A stretch of DNA of 64,000 nt. It comes from a virus. Lineage: Duplodnaviria > Caudoviricetes. Made by a program: the position numbers and the translations under genes. Of this stretch, positions 28,652-36,724 are shown in pieces. The notes below the pieces were generated by a model. The model ran no database searches. It had not been told where the DNA came from and worked only from the letters and a program-made list of their open reading frames with translations. The number at the start of each line of letters is the position of its first letter. Within the stretch, counting starts at the first letter, position 1. The stretch spans positions 1,443 through 65,442 of IMG/VR virus record IMGVR_UViG_3300010347_002584; one strand, given 5' to 3'.

Positions 28652-28695
28652 TGGGTGTGGTATACATTCATAAATAAATATATATACCACACCCA
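28652..28695 (-). terminator. 13-bp inverted repeat, probable terminator with AT-rich loop
   Basis: TGGGTGTGGTATA/TATACCACACCCA with 18-nt loop, followed by TAATTTTTT on minus. Confidence 0.6.
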
Positions 28696-28708
28696 CTTTT
28701 TCATGATT

Positions 28709-29488
28709 TTACCCTGCAAAGACAAACATCAATACTTTATCAATTAATAGAAAATGATTGATATCTACAACTCCTTTTTCTCTTGTAATAAACCATTTCA
28801 AAAGATCCATATTAGTAACAATTTTTTCATCTGCTTTTTGTAGTTGCTTATAAAGAAGAATCGCACTTTCAAGATCTGCGTTAAGTCCAAGTCTTCTTCC
28901 AATTTCTTGAACTTTTGGTTCAACAATTTCAATACCTGGATCCTTCTTCTTTAGTTTTGTACTAGAATATGGAATTAGCATACCATCAACATTTAGACAA
29001 TATGTAATAATAAGTCCAGTTTTAATTCCATATGCTTTTAGAATAATCGAATTTCCAACATCATATAGGATCCGAAAACCATTATTATAAATATTCATTC
29101 CAACACCAGGAAGATCTAGAACCTTAATTTGATCCGCTGGTTTAATAATAAATAGATCTCTTTCCGAACTTCCCTCTTTTCCAACCAGTACAGATAATGC
29201 TAAGTTTCTTTTTTGATTTACATCTTTAGATTCAACCTTGACCTTTTTGATATGACTAATAAATTTATCTTTATGTTTTTCAAACCAATCATAAAGAGAT
29301 ATAACACCGATTCTTGTAGATTTGTTTTCTTCTTCTTTACTTTTTGTATTCTTACCAACAGATGTTTCTGTAGAAGGTATTTCTAGTTTCTCCATATTAG
29401 TAGGTTTCGATTCTTTAGTTACTTCTGCTATCATATCTTGCAGATTTTCGTGCATTTTCCACCTCGTTTTTTTAGTATACACCTTCAC
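28709..29488 (-). CDS. hypothetical protein
   Basis: 259 aa co-directional ORF. No motif recognised. Confidence 0.65.
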   Translation of the reverse strand: MKVYTKKTRWKMHENLQDMIAEVTKESKPTNMEKLEIPSTETSVGKNTKSKEEENKSTRIGVISLYDWFEKHKDKFISHIKKVKVESKDVNQKRNLALSVLVGKEGSSERDLFIIKPADQIKVLDLPGVGMNIYNNGFRILYDVGNSIILKAYGIKTGLIITYCLNVDGMLIPYSSTKLKKKDPGIEIVEPKVQEIGRRLGLNADLESAILLYKQLQKADEKIVTNMDLLKWFITREKGVVDINHFLLIDKVLMFVFAG

Positions 29489-29672
29489 ATGGTTCTGATG
29501 TGAATCTCTTTTTTCCCTCGTTCACATAGGTGACAACGTATTCTTGTCCCATAATCATAAATTTTATTCCTTTTTTTGGTAGAACAATTTCTTTTTCCTT
29601 CTTTTCAGAGACCTTCTCTTCTTGCCCACTTACCATAAACTTTTGGTCTTCCATTATTACTCCTTTTTCCAT
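29472..29672 (-). CDS. hypothetical protein
   Basis: Small ORF in operon. Confidence 0.5.
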   Translation of the reverse strand: MEKGVIMEDQKFMVSGQEEKVSEKKEKEIVLPKKGIKFMIMGQEYVVTYVNEGKKRFTSEPCEGVY

Positions 29673-30034
29673 TTATCTTTAATTCCTTCTTTTCTCCATT
29701 CTTCAGGATTAATATCAGTATATGTTTCTAATATTGCTCCTGCGAGAACCATAATTTTTATAATAAACTCATAAGTTTTAATTGGAGCTGTTCCTTGGTC
29801 ATTAGATTCTGTACATTCTATCAACCAAGGAGGTAAATTAGCTGACCAACTTTCGGCATAAGACTCTTTAGCTCTTTTAAGATAAGTGTCGAGAAATACT
29901 ATAAAACTAGCAAGATTAAGACTGTCATTATTTCTATAGTCTCCAAAAACTCTTTTCTGATATTCTCTTTCTATAGTGTATAGTTCAAATAATGTATCCT
30001 GGTTCATTTTACCATCCTTCACCCCTGAGTTCAC
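29657..30034 (-). CDS. hypothetical protein (weakly MazG-like helical bundle)
   Basis: EREYQ..FG and IIKIMVLAGAILE helices. Weak resemblance only. Confidence 0.45.
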   Translation of the reverse strand: MNSGVKDGKMNQDTLFELYTIEREYQKRVFGDYRNNDSLNLASFIVFLDTYLKRAKESYAESWSANLPPWLIECTESNDQGTAPIKTYEFIIKIMVLAGAILETYTDINPEEWRKEGIKDKWKKE

Positions 30035-30449
30035 TACGAAGTTGCATTAATAATACACCCAACATATTTTTTCCATGTCCTCTACAAACTCCCCAAAATG
30101 TATCTCCCCAGTTATTTCCCTCAACTAAATCATGTGGATATGTATCTAGTAACAATTTTCGCAATTGTGGATTTTCAAATTTCTTTTTTAGTAAGTCTCT
30201 CATTACTTCAACTTTTATTTGTTCCCAATCTTCTCTTATAGTCACATGACGCCCAATCTGTTTAGCTCTTCTAACTTGTTTTTCTTCTCTTATTTTTTTT
30301 CGTTCATTTGGATCATTTGTTTTTGCTGCTTGATATGCATGTTCTAGAGAAGGATAAATATCTCCATCAAACTCAATAAGACATGGATAAAAATTAGATA
30401 GGAAACTATATTCCATAGTAAATGATGAGATTGTCACTATCCACTCCAA
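30009..30449 (-). CDS. NADAR (YbiA/DUF1768) family hydrolase
   Basis: FLSNFYP, EHAYQAAK, KKFENP, LVEGN.WGDTFWG, GKNMLG.LLMQLR. Confidence 0.9.
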   Translation of the reverse strand: MEWIVTISSFTMEYSFLSNFYPCLIEFDGDIYPSLEHAYQAAKTNDPNERKKIREEKQVRRAKQIGRHVTIREDWEQIKVEVMRDLLKKKFENPQLRKLLLDTYPHDLVEGNNWGDTFWGVCRGHGKNMLGVLLMQLRSELRGEGW

Positions 30450-31102
30450 CAGAGATTAAATTTCTTAATTTCTTTCTTCGGATGTTCTAATACATAATCA
30501 ATTGTTTCTAAAACTATTTCTAAACACCTAGAATAATCTTTATAAACATTCGGATTTACTTCATTTTTTTCATTCTCTTCTAATTCCGGATTGAAAACAA
30601 TATACACACAATCTCTTCCGAAAGAATTCTTTCCAGGAATAAATGCATAACATTTTAAACCGTCAAAATAGAAATGACCATTTCTATTAGTAAAAGACCT
30701 GAAGGTTGAGTCAACATCTTTTTCATCTCTCATCTTTAAAAATATATCTGTAGCATCTTTTTCACTCCTTGGAATTTCACTTTCTGTAGATGGTGGAACA
30801 TTAATTTTAGTTATAGCAACATTTCCCAACTTATTTATAGTAAAGTCATTAAACTCTTCAAGTACATTAAGACATCTCATTCTACAATCTAACCAGTTCG
30901 GTTTAAAAGTATATTTTCTATCTGGTGGTTCAAATATATAATACAGATTTTTTCCGACAGTTCTTGAAAGAACATGGTTTAGTCCCCACTCGTTATATGA
31001 ACTTCTAAAATATCCAATTTTAAAAAAATGGTTTGGATACTTCTTCGAATCTTCTTGTACTATCTCATTCTTTCCATATTTCAAGTATATATCAAGACCC
31101 AT
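30437..31102 (-). CDS. conserved phage hypothetical protein
   Basis: MGLDIYL N-terminus and IGYFR motif typical of a widespread phage family. Confidence 0.6.
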   Translation of the reverse strand: MGLDIYLKYGKNEIVQEDSKKYPNHFFKIGYFRSSYNEWGLNHVLSRTVGKNLYYIFEPPDRKYTFKPNWLDCRMRCLNVLEEFNDFTINKLGNVAITKINVPPSTESEIPRSEKDATDIFLKMRDEKDVDSTFRSFTNRNGHFYFDGLKCYAFIPGKNSFGRDCVYIVFNPELEENEKNEVNPNVYKDYSRCLEIVLETIDYVLEHPKKEIKKFNLCWSG

Positions 31103-31105
31103 ATT

Positions 31106-31402
31106 TTATCCTTTCGTAGTAGCTACAGGTTTACAATCGGCGGTATATATTTTTTTCTTTCTATCATAATAAGCTTTCTCTGTTGCTTGCCAAACATCGT
31201 TTCCCCAAATATCAGTAATAGGAATATCTCCATTAAACATTCTGAAGATATCCCCCTTTTTAATTTTTTTAAATTCTATTTCTTGCCATGTTCCACTTTC
31301 AGTAAAGATCTCAACTTTACTTATTTTCCACTCGTGTTCTGCCGTGACAGTCTTTTCCATTATAGTTTCTCCCACTTTTAGAGAGGTCGTACTTTTCAAC
31401 AA
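31106..31402 (-). CDS. hypothetical protein
   Basis: Co-directional ORF. True start may be internal (MEKTV). Confidence 0.5.
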   Translation of the reverse strand: MLKSTTSLKVGETIMEKTVTAEHEWKISKVEIFTESGTWQEIEFKKIKKGDIFRMFNGDIPITDIWGNDVWQATEKAYYDRKKKIYTADCKPVATTKG

Positions 31403-31766
31403 TACTCATAATAGCATTTTCTAAATCTTTTTCAATTTGCTCTGTAAATAATTTAAGTTTATTTATATTAAATCTCATAATTCCAATTCTAAACATTTTA
31501 ATAAACATTCTCATTATTACATTGGTATTGACAAACTTAAATCCTCCATCAAAAGATTCATTTTTGATAATTTCTATTTCTCCGTTATGTTTCAATCCAA
31601 TAACAACTTTCATATCATGCATGGTTGATTTGACACCATATGAAGAATCGAAATTTACATTAAAATCGAGTTTTTCATACTTTTCAAATGTTGGATATTT
31701 TGGTTTTTTTAGTTTATATGGATTCATTGTCTTTCTCCAATTTATCGTAACTAGAACTATTTTCAA
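31317..31766 (-). CDS. hypothetical protein
   Basis: Co-directional ORF. True start likely internal (MNPYK). Confidence 0.5.
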   Translation of the reverse strand: MKIVLVTINWRKTMNPYKLKKPKYPTFEKYEKLDFNVNFDSSYGVKSTMHDMKVVIGLKHNGEIEIIKNESFDGGFKFVNTNVIMRMFIKMFRIGIMRFNINKLKLFTEQIEKDLENAIMSIVEKYDLSKSGRNYNGKDCHGRTRVENK

Positions 31767-32334
31767 AGATTTCTTTTGGACTTTTTGATCTCATCTCTAA
31801 AATCCATGACTCACGATTCTCTCTTTTTGGATATATTTTTATAATTTCATTAAAGGTAACTGGTTTAAATTCCCACACATCCACACCAACATTAATTAGT
31901 AAATCATACCCATTCCATATAATAAATCTACCTTTTTCATGAATATGACCACATACTAAGATATCAGCCTGTTTTTTGAGATCATCAAAATCTCTCACAT
32001 ATTTTGGCCAATGACACATCAGGACTTTGAACCCGTTTATATTCTTCAATATAAATCCTTGACGACTTCTAAATGGACGACTTCTATCATGGTTTCCTTG
32101 AATAAACGTAAATACACCATTCATTCTGGGATAATATCTTTCGTGATCTCCACCAAATTGAAAGTCTCCTAAGAAATAAACTTCATCATTGGGTGCAACA
32201 ATTTCGTTATGATTACTAATAATTCTTTCATCCATCTCCTTACTTGTCTTAAATGGTCTATTACAGTATCGAATTATATTGAAGTGATTTAAATGATAGT
32301 CAGATGTAAACCAAATCATATATACCATGTCCAT
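31714..32334 (-). CDS. calcineurin-like metallophosphoesterase
   Basis: FTSDYH, FLGDF, QGNHD, CGHIH. Confidence 0.88.
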   Translation of the reverse strand: MDMVYMIWFTSDYHLNHFNIIRYCNRPFKTSKEMDERIISNHNEIVAPNDEVYFLGDFQFGGDHERYYPRMNGVFTFIQGNHDRSRPFRSRQGFILKNINGFKVLMCHWPKYVRDFDDLKKQADILVCGHIHEKGRFIIWNGYDLLINVGVDVWEFKPVTFNEIIKIYPKRENRESWILEMRSKSPKEIFENSSSYDKLEKDNESI

Positions 32335-32570
32335 TTATGAAATCTTATTTTAAATAAAAATGTTGCATAATCTCTTTGGCCACCTTTTCTATCTATTATA
32401 GCAGATCGAAAACCCATTACTTTTACAACTTTAGCTTCTAAATCATCTAATCTCTTTTTCCATATCCAGGTAAAGATTTTGATTTCATATTCCTGCTGAA
32501 GTTGTTTTACTAATTCCCAATACGTCATAAATATTTCCTTCCATCGAATCCATCTTTGATACCCTTCCAT
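32316..32570 (-). CDS. hypothetical protein
   Basis: Small co-directional ORF. Confidence 0.4.
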   Translation of the reverse strand: MEGYQRWIRWKEIFMTYWELVKQLQQEYEIKIFTWIWKKRLDDLEAKVVKVMGFRSAIIDRKGGQRDYATFLFKIRFHKWTWYI

Positions 32571-33376
32571 GAAATTGCAATTGCATCACTTGTATGGATT
32601 GATTCTTCGTGTGTACATTTAACAATCCAATCTTTAATATAGAGATGCTTATTCAATGAGTTACAAATCATTCTAATTGCATCTTCTACAAATATAGGAT
32701 TCTCCGCAGCCAGTCGTGCAATCTCCTGCTCATCAATACGTTGGATAATGGGATATGGGATAGTTTTGATGGAATTCTCAACCATACCAATAATCTCCTC
32801 CAACCATACAATATTGGGCGGTACAATTTCAACAAGAACCTCTGCGAAGGACCGTTGGGCATGAGGATAGCCTGCTGAGTTATTTTCATCAAGGTGTCCA
32901 CACAAAGCAGCAGAGCACGGACAATAAGAGGCGTATTGAACACGAACCTTTTGAAAGAATTTAAATACATCACCTTCCATTCTCCCCTCAAACATACATT
33001 TATAATATTGGGGAAACACCCAACCACTCTTTGGAGATTTCTTTTGTATTGGAAGAAGAAAGTCAAATCTTATTGAACTATTACATGAGTTAGTTTCAAC
33101 CTCAACTTTAAATTCTTCTAGAATTTTCTTAATTAGTTTGTGCTTCAAAGGTTGATCTAAATAATTATTTAAGCATCTTATTAGTTTAGACATACTGATC
33201 CCTTTCAACTCAGGTTTGAGATCAGTAGTCATTGTAATATCAGCAACTAACTCGTGTCTTCCACCATACATGGAATCTAAAAAGAATGGTGCTTTTACAT
33301 GCTGAACTCCAACTTGGTTAATATAAAGTGGAATAGCTGGTTTTGAGGTATGTTGAATATCTGGTAGTTCACTCAC
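32525..33376 (-). CDS. folE2: GTP cyclohydrolase IB (FolE2)
   Basis: PDIQ, VGV, GISMSK, SYCPCS, HAQRS, NPIFVEDAIR, EESIH.SDA. GTG start at 33376 overlaps the upstream stop. Confidence 0.9.
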   Translation of the reverse strand: MSELPDIQHTSKPAIPLYINQVGVQHVKAPFFLDSMYGGRHELVADITMTTDLKPELKGISMSKLIRCLNNYLDQPLKHKLIKKILEEFKVEVETNSCNSSIRFDFLLPIQKKSPKSGWVFPQYYKCMFEGRMEGDVFKFFQKVRVQYASYCPCSAALCGHLDENNSAGYPHAQRSFAEVLVEIVPPNIVWLEEIIGMVENSIKTIPYPIIQRIDEQEIARLAAENPIFVEDAIRMICNSLNKHLYIKDWIVKCTHEESIHTSDAIAISWKGIKDGFDGRKYL

Positions 33377-33519
33377 TTTTTTTCCTCCTTCTTCCATTCT
33401 TCAAATAACTCTAAAATATACATAGTAATTAGTGTTGCCATATTTTCACTTGATATCTGCCCATTTTCCAATAGTTTTAATCTTGGAATAAGAGCTTTTT
33501 TTATCTCTTCCTTATCCAT
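33373..33519 (-). CDS. small hypothetical protein (48 aa), not in ORF track
   Basis: Manual translation MDKEEIKKALIPRLKLL...EEWKKEEKK. Fills the gap and is coupled to folE2. Confidence 0.5.
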   Translation of the reverse strand: MDKEEIKKALIPRLKLLENGQISSENMATLITMYILELFEEWKKEEKK

Positions 33520-33718
33520 TTACTACATCTCCCTTGTCATACATATATATTTTATACTCGGCTCTCTTGTTTGCAACTCGAATGAAGTCTACTTCACAAC
33601 CATACTGATCTTTGAGAGATGATATATAATTCTGATGAGAGTAGATTTCCCGAGCCTTTTGTTCTGAAATTTCATTAGGAATTTCAATACTCAGTGTGAA
33701 ATAATATCCTTTTCCCAT
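33512..33718 (-). CDS. hypothetical protein
   Basis: Small co-directional ORF. Confidence 0.5.
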   Translation of the reverse strand: MGKGYYFTLSIEIPNEISEQKAREIYSHQNYISSLKDQYGCEVDFIRVANKRAEYKIYMYDKGDVVNG

Positions 33719-33720
33719 AG

Positions 33721-33942
33721 TTATTTTCCCATAAGTTTTTTAATGGCAGGATTCTCTGGACAAAGAGGATCGTCCTTTGTAATTGGCATTGTACTAGTTT
33801 TAGAAATTCCACACCAATCACATTTATAATAACCAGGATAATTCTCAATCCAATAATGAGAATTAAATATCCAATCAGCTATTGATCCTGCTAGTTTTTC
33901 CTCTTCTTTTAAAACATATCTATTCGCTACAGTTTTCCACAT
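33721..33942 (-). CDS. small Cys-containing protein
   Basis: HYW..YYKCDWCG...LCP, a possible Zn ribbon. Confidence 0.5.
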   Translation of the reverse strand: MWKTVANRYVLKEEEKLAGSIADWIFNSHYWIENYPGYYKCDWCGISKTSTMPITKDDPLCPENPAIKKLMGK

Positions 33943-33945
33943 TTC

Positions 33946-34611
33946 TCAATCCCATAGACAGAAATAATATTTTTTGAATAGTTCCCAACCTTCATCATAC
34001 CGCTTTATTTCTTCATTCGTCATAATATGATGTGGATCTTTTGGATCGTTATATTTTTCGATCATTGATTTACAAAAGTCTAGATGTTGATTATATTTTT
34101 CTTCTTCTTTAAAATCTTCTCTTCTTACTAAATACCATTTATCTTCACTTATTTTTTTATTGACCATAAATGTCCAAGAAATAGTATCAAGCATCTCAAC
34201 CCATTTTTTAGCGCATGCATCATCTATTTCTTTTCTCTTTTCGTCGTCATCATATGTTGAGTCATAATTATAATCATCTGGAAGGATCATAGTTGGAAAT
34301 CCATGATGATTATCCTTTAAGTGTTTCACACTGCTACTTATTACATCAGATAAATAATGATGAAGATCCCAAACATCAATTTCTGACCATCCCTTTTTAC
34401 CACGAATGAAATAACATTTCAATCTTCTTAGTTGCCATCTAATCTCAGATGGTTTAAGATGAAATAAGATCTTAAACCAAACCCAATCCCATGCGTGGTT
34501 ATACCATTTTTTTGCTAGTCTTTTCCTTTCCCACTCAGCTTCCAGTTCTTCCCACGTACAATAATCTTTAGTCTTATCTTCCGTGTCTTCTTTCATATTG
34601 AATCTCCTCAT
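33946..34611 (-). CDS. conserved phage hypothetical protein
   Basis: WDL..YL...I...W..MLD.I.W.F and C-terminal GWELFKKYYFCLWD pattern. Confidence 0.6.
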   Translation of the reverse strand: MRRFNMKEDTEDKTKDYCTWEELEAEWERKRLAKKWYNHAWDWVWFKILFHLKPSEIRWQLRRLKCYFIRGKKGWSEIDVWDLHHYLSDVISSSVKHLKDNHHGFPTMILPDDYNYDSTYDDDEKRKEIDDACAKKWVEMLDTISWTFMVNKKISEDKWYLVRREDFKEEEKYNQHLDFCKSMIEKYNDPKDPHHIMTNEEIKRYDEGWELFKKYYFCLWD

Positions 34612-34849
34612 CTACTTCTTCAAATCCTAAGTCTTTAGTGTATGCAATATCCATGTTATCTACTAATTTTTTTCCATATTGTTCTTTGAGAATTTTCTTT
34701 ACATTTCTAATATCTCCATAACCCATGAAATCAGTTGAACCACAACCGACAGAATTTAACTCAAAATTTAAATCATTTTGAATGAAATCATCCATACTGG
34801 CTGCATAGTGACAATCTGGAATACTGATAACGATTTGTTCGTTTTTCAT
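34574..34849 (-). CDS. hypothetical protein
   Basis: Co-directional ORF. Confidence 0.5.
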   Translation of the reverse strand: MKNEQIVISIPDCHYAASMDDFIQNDLNFELNSVGCGSTDFMGYGDIRNVKKILKEQYGKKLVDNMDIAYTKDLGFEEVDEEIQYERRHGR

Positions 34850-35136
34850 AAATTAGGCCTCATAGCTTTCAATTTTTTCTCACAAATTTTACAATAACCA
34901 ATTCTATTAGACCTCATTTCTGGTTCTAAATATGCACCTCCTGTAAATAACATCCACCTTCTACAAAGAGATTGTTGCTTCACAAAATAATGCCATTTTG
35001 GAGTATTATATAACCAGGTCCATCCTTCATTTGGTTTTGTTTCTACAGATGCTATTTTTGGCATCCCCTTCTTCTCGTTTTTATTTTCTGTATTTTCTAA
35101 GATCTCTAGTGTCATTGATTCTCCTTCTGCTTTCAT
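34846..35136 (-). CDS. hypothetical protein with H/C Zn-binding pattern
   Basis: KWHYF....SLC..W...CKIC. Confidence 0.5.
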   Translation of the reverse strand: MKAEGESMTLEILENTENKNEKKGMPKIASVETKPNEGWTWLYNTPKWHYFVKQQSLCRRWMLFTGGAYLEPEMRSNRIGYCKICEKKLKAMRPNL

Positions 35137-36267
35137 CTATCTGACATATTCAGAATACTCATCAATTATATTATGATTCATATTAGATAAATGTTTTAAA
35201 GAAAGAATTTCGTTTATATTATCATAACTAATAAATGAACATTTATCTGATAATGCACCGCTTTCAAGAAGTGAAAACGTTGGTCTTTGAATTTCAGCAA
35301 AAACTTTTTCTCTTCTATCTTCTGGAGCAACAATATGTATATTTATATGCATATTAGTTTGAAGAGATAACAAATCAGACATTCTTAAAATTCCAGAGTA
35401 TATTGATGTAGTATGTTCAACTTCAAATACTCTTACTATAGTTTTCTTGCTAAAAAATATTGCATCTATTTGTTCAATAGTTTTTATTGTTGCATCATCA
35501 TAATTTAGTGGTAGAACTTTCAATAAAGTAGAGTCATTTATATTTCCTACTTTTTTAACAAGTTGTCTATTATTAGCAGGAATCCAAACTTTATATCCCA
35601 TTATTTCTCCAATTTTTGCAACAACTGATTGAATTTTTATTGACTCTTTAATTTCATCTGTTTCTTCTTTAACTTCATCACCATTTGTTGTTGGAATAGT
35701 AACAATAATAGATTCATCAGAATCTGTTTTAACCTCAAAAGATTCTTCTCTGATTCTATCACCAAGTCTAATCCAAGATGCAATTGCAATATTATCGTTT
35801 TTAGATAATGGAAATACTTTCTTGATTTCATTTTGTTCAATAAGTTTTTTTACTAAAAATAAAGCATCATCTTCTTGCGATCTTCCAAGAGATCTTTGAA
35901 ATAGTGCTCCCCACCCTGAGTTTTTACTTCTTCCTTTTGTAATTGATAATTCATTCCAAATAGTAGAAATTGGTAAAGAATGTTCAATATCAAGTAAAAC
36001 TACAGGTTTCACTTTAAACTGTAAATTATATGGATCATTTTCAAAGTAAATTCTATCATCAGAAATAAATGCTTCTGACTGGACTTCTAAAATTCCACAA
36101 AATCTAGAAACCCCAGTCATATATATTATCATAACATCTCCAACTTTAACAGATTTTGCTATTCCTGAGTATCTTTTTTGAATTCCTGTTCTATCCATTT
36201 TAGATTTCAAAAATAATGGATATGTATATGGACTATATGTAGCAAAATAATAGTTAGTTTCAGTCAT
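35137..36267 (-). CDS. EVE-domain + PD-(D/E)xK endonuclease (modification-dependent restriction-like)
   Basis: N-terminal VKVGDVMIIYMTG..RFCGILEV (EVE/PUA fold). C-terminal IDAIF......VFEVEHTTSIYSGILRM nuclease motif. Confidence 0.7.
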   Translation of the reverse strand: MTETNYYFATYSPYTYPLFLKSKMDRTGIQKRYSGIAKSVKVGDVMIIYMTGVSRFCGILEVQSEAFISDDRIYFENDPYNLQFKVKPVVLLDIEHSLPISTIWNELSITKGRSKNSGWGALFQRSLGRSQEDDALFLVKKLIEQNEIKKVFPLSKNDNIAIASWIRLGDRIREESFEVKTDSDESIIVTIPTTNGDEVKEETDEIKESIKIQSVVAKIGEIMGYKVWIPANNRQLVKKVGNINDSTLLKVLPLNYDDATIKTIEQIDAIFFSKKTIVRVFEVEHTTSIYSGILRMSDLLSLQTNMHINIHIVAPEDRREKVFAEIQRPTFSLLESGALSDKCSFISYDNINEILSLKHLSNMNHNIIDEYSEYVR

Positions 36268-36295
36268 AAAATCTCCAAGTTAATATTAAAGTTTG

Positions 36296-36323
36296 AGGGG
36301 GTAGACTATTTCATCTACCCCCT
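36296..36323. terminator. GC-rich hairpin, probable terminator
   Basis: AGGGGGTAGA/TCTACCCCCT inverted repeat between the HTH gene and the EVE nuclease. Orientation ambiguous. Confidence 0.5.
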
Positions 36324-36332
36324 TTTAGATTA

Positions 36333-36719
36333 TTATCCAACTACAATCTGAACTCCAGGAGCCAGTTCAAAAATTCTCTTTTCCTCAGATCGTTCTATTT
36401 CACTACAGCAATTTTCCAGGATTACAGCAAGTTTATCTTTCAACGCAATACTTGCTTCTGGTTCAGGTGCTACGGTTTCGGCTACAGGAGTAGTAGTAAT
36501 CTCGGGAGCAGGATTCATTTCCCTCAATACTTCTCCACGTGTTGTACCCAATTTAGAAAGAATCAACATTGTCATAGCCCTATGAGGTCTAGACCTTCCA
36601 GTTTCAATTGCACACAACAACGTTCTTGAAATACCAATTAATTCACTTGCTTGTTGCTGTGTCATTTCAAGTTTCTTTCTCTGATACCTAATGATTTTTC
36701 CAATTCTCGGCATATACAA
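36333..36719 (-). CDS. XRE-family HTH transcriptional regulator
   Basis: IRYQRKKLEMTQQQASELIGISRTLLCAIETG. Confidence 0.85.
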   Translation of the reverse strand: MYMPRIGKIIRYQRKKLEMTQQQASELIGISRTLLCAIETGRSRPHRAMTMLILSKLGTTRGEVLREMNPAPEITTTPVAETVAPEPEASIALKDKLAVILENCCSEIERSEEKRIFELAPGVQIVVG

Positions 36720-36724
36720 TTCTC

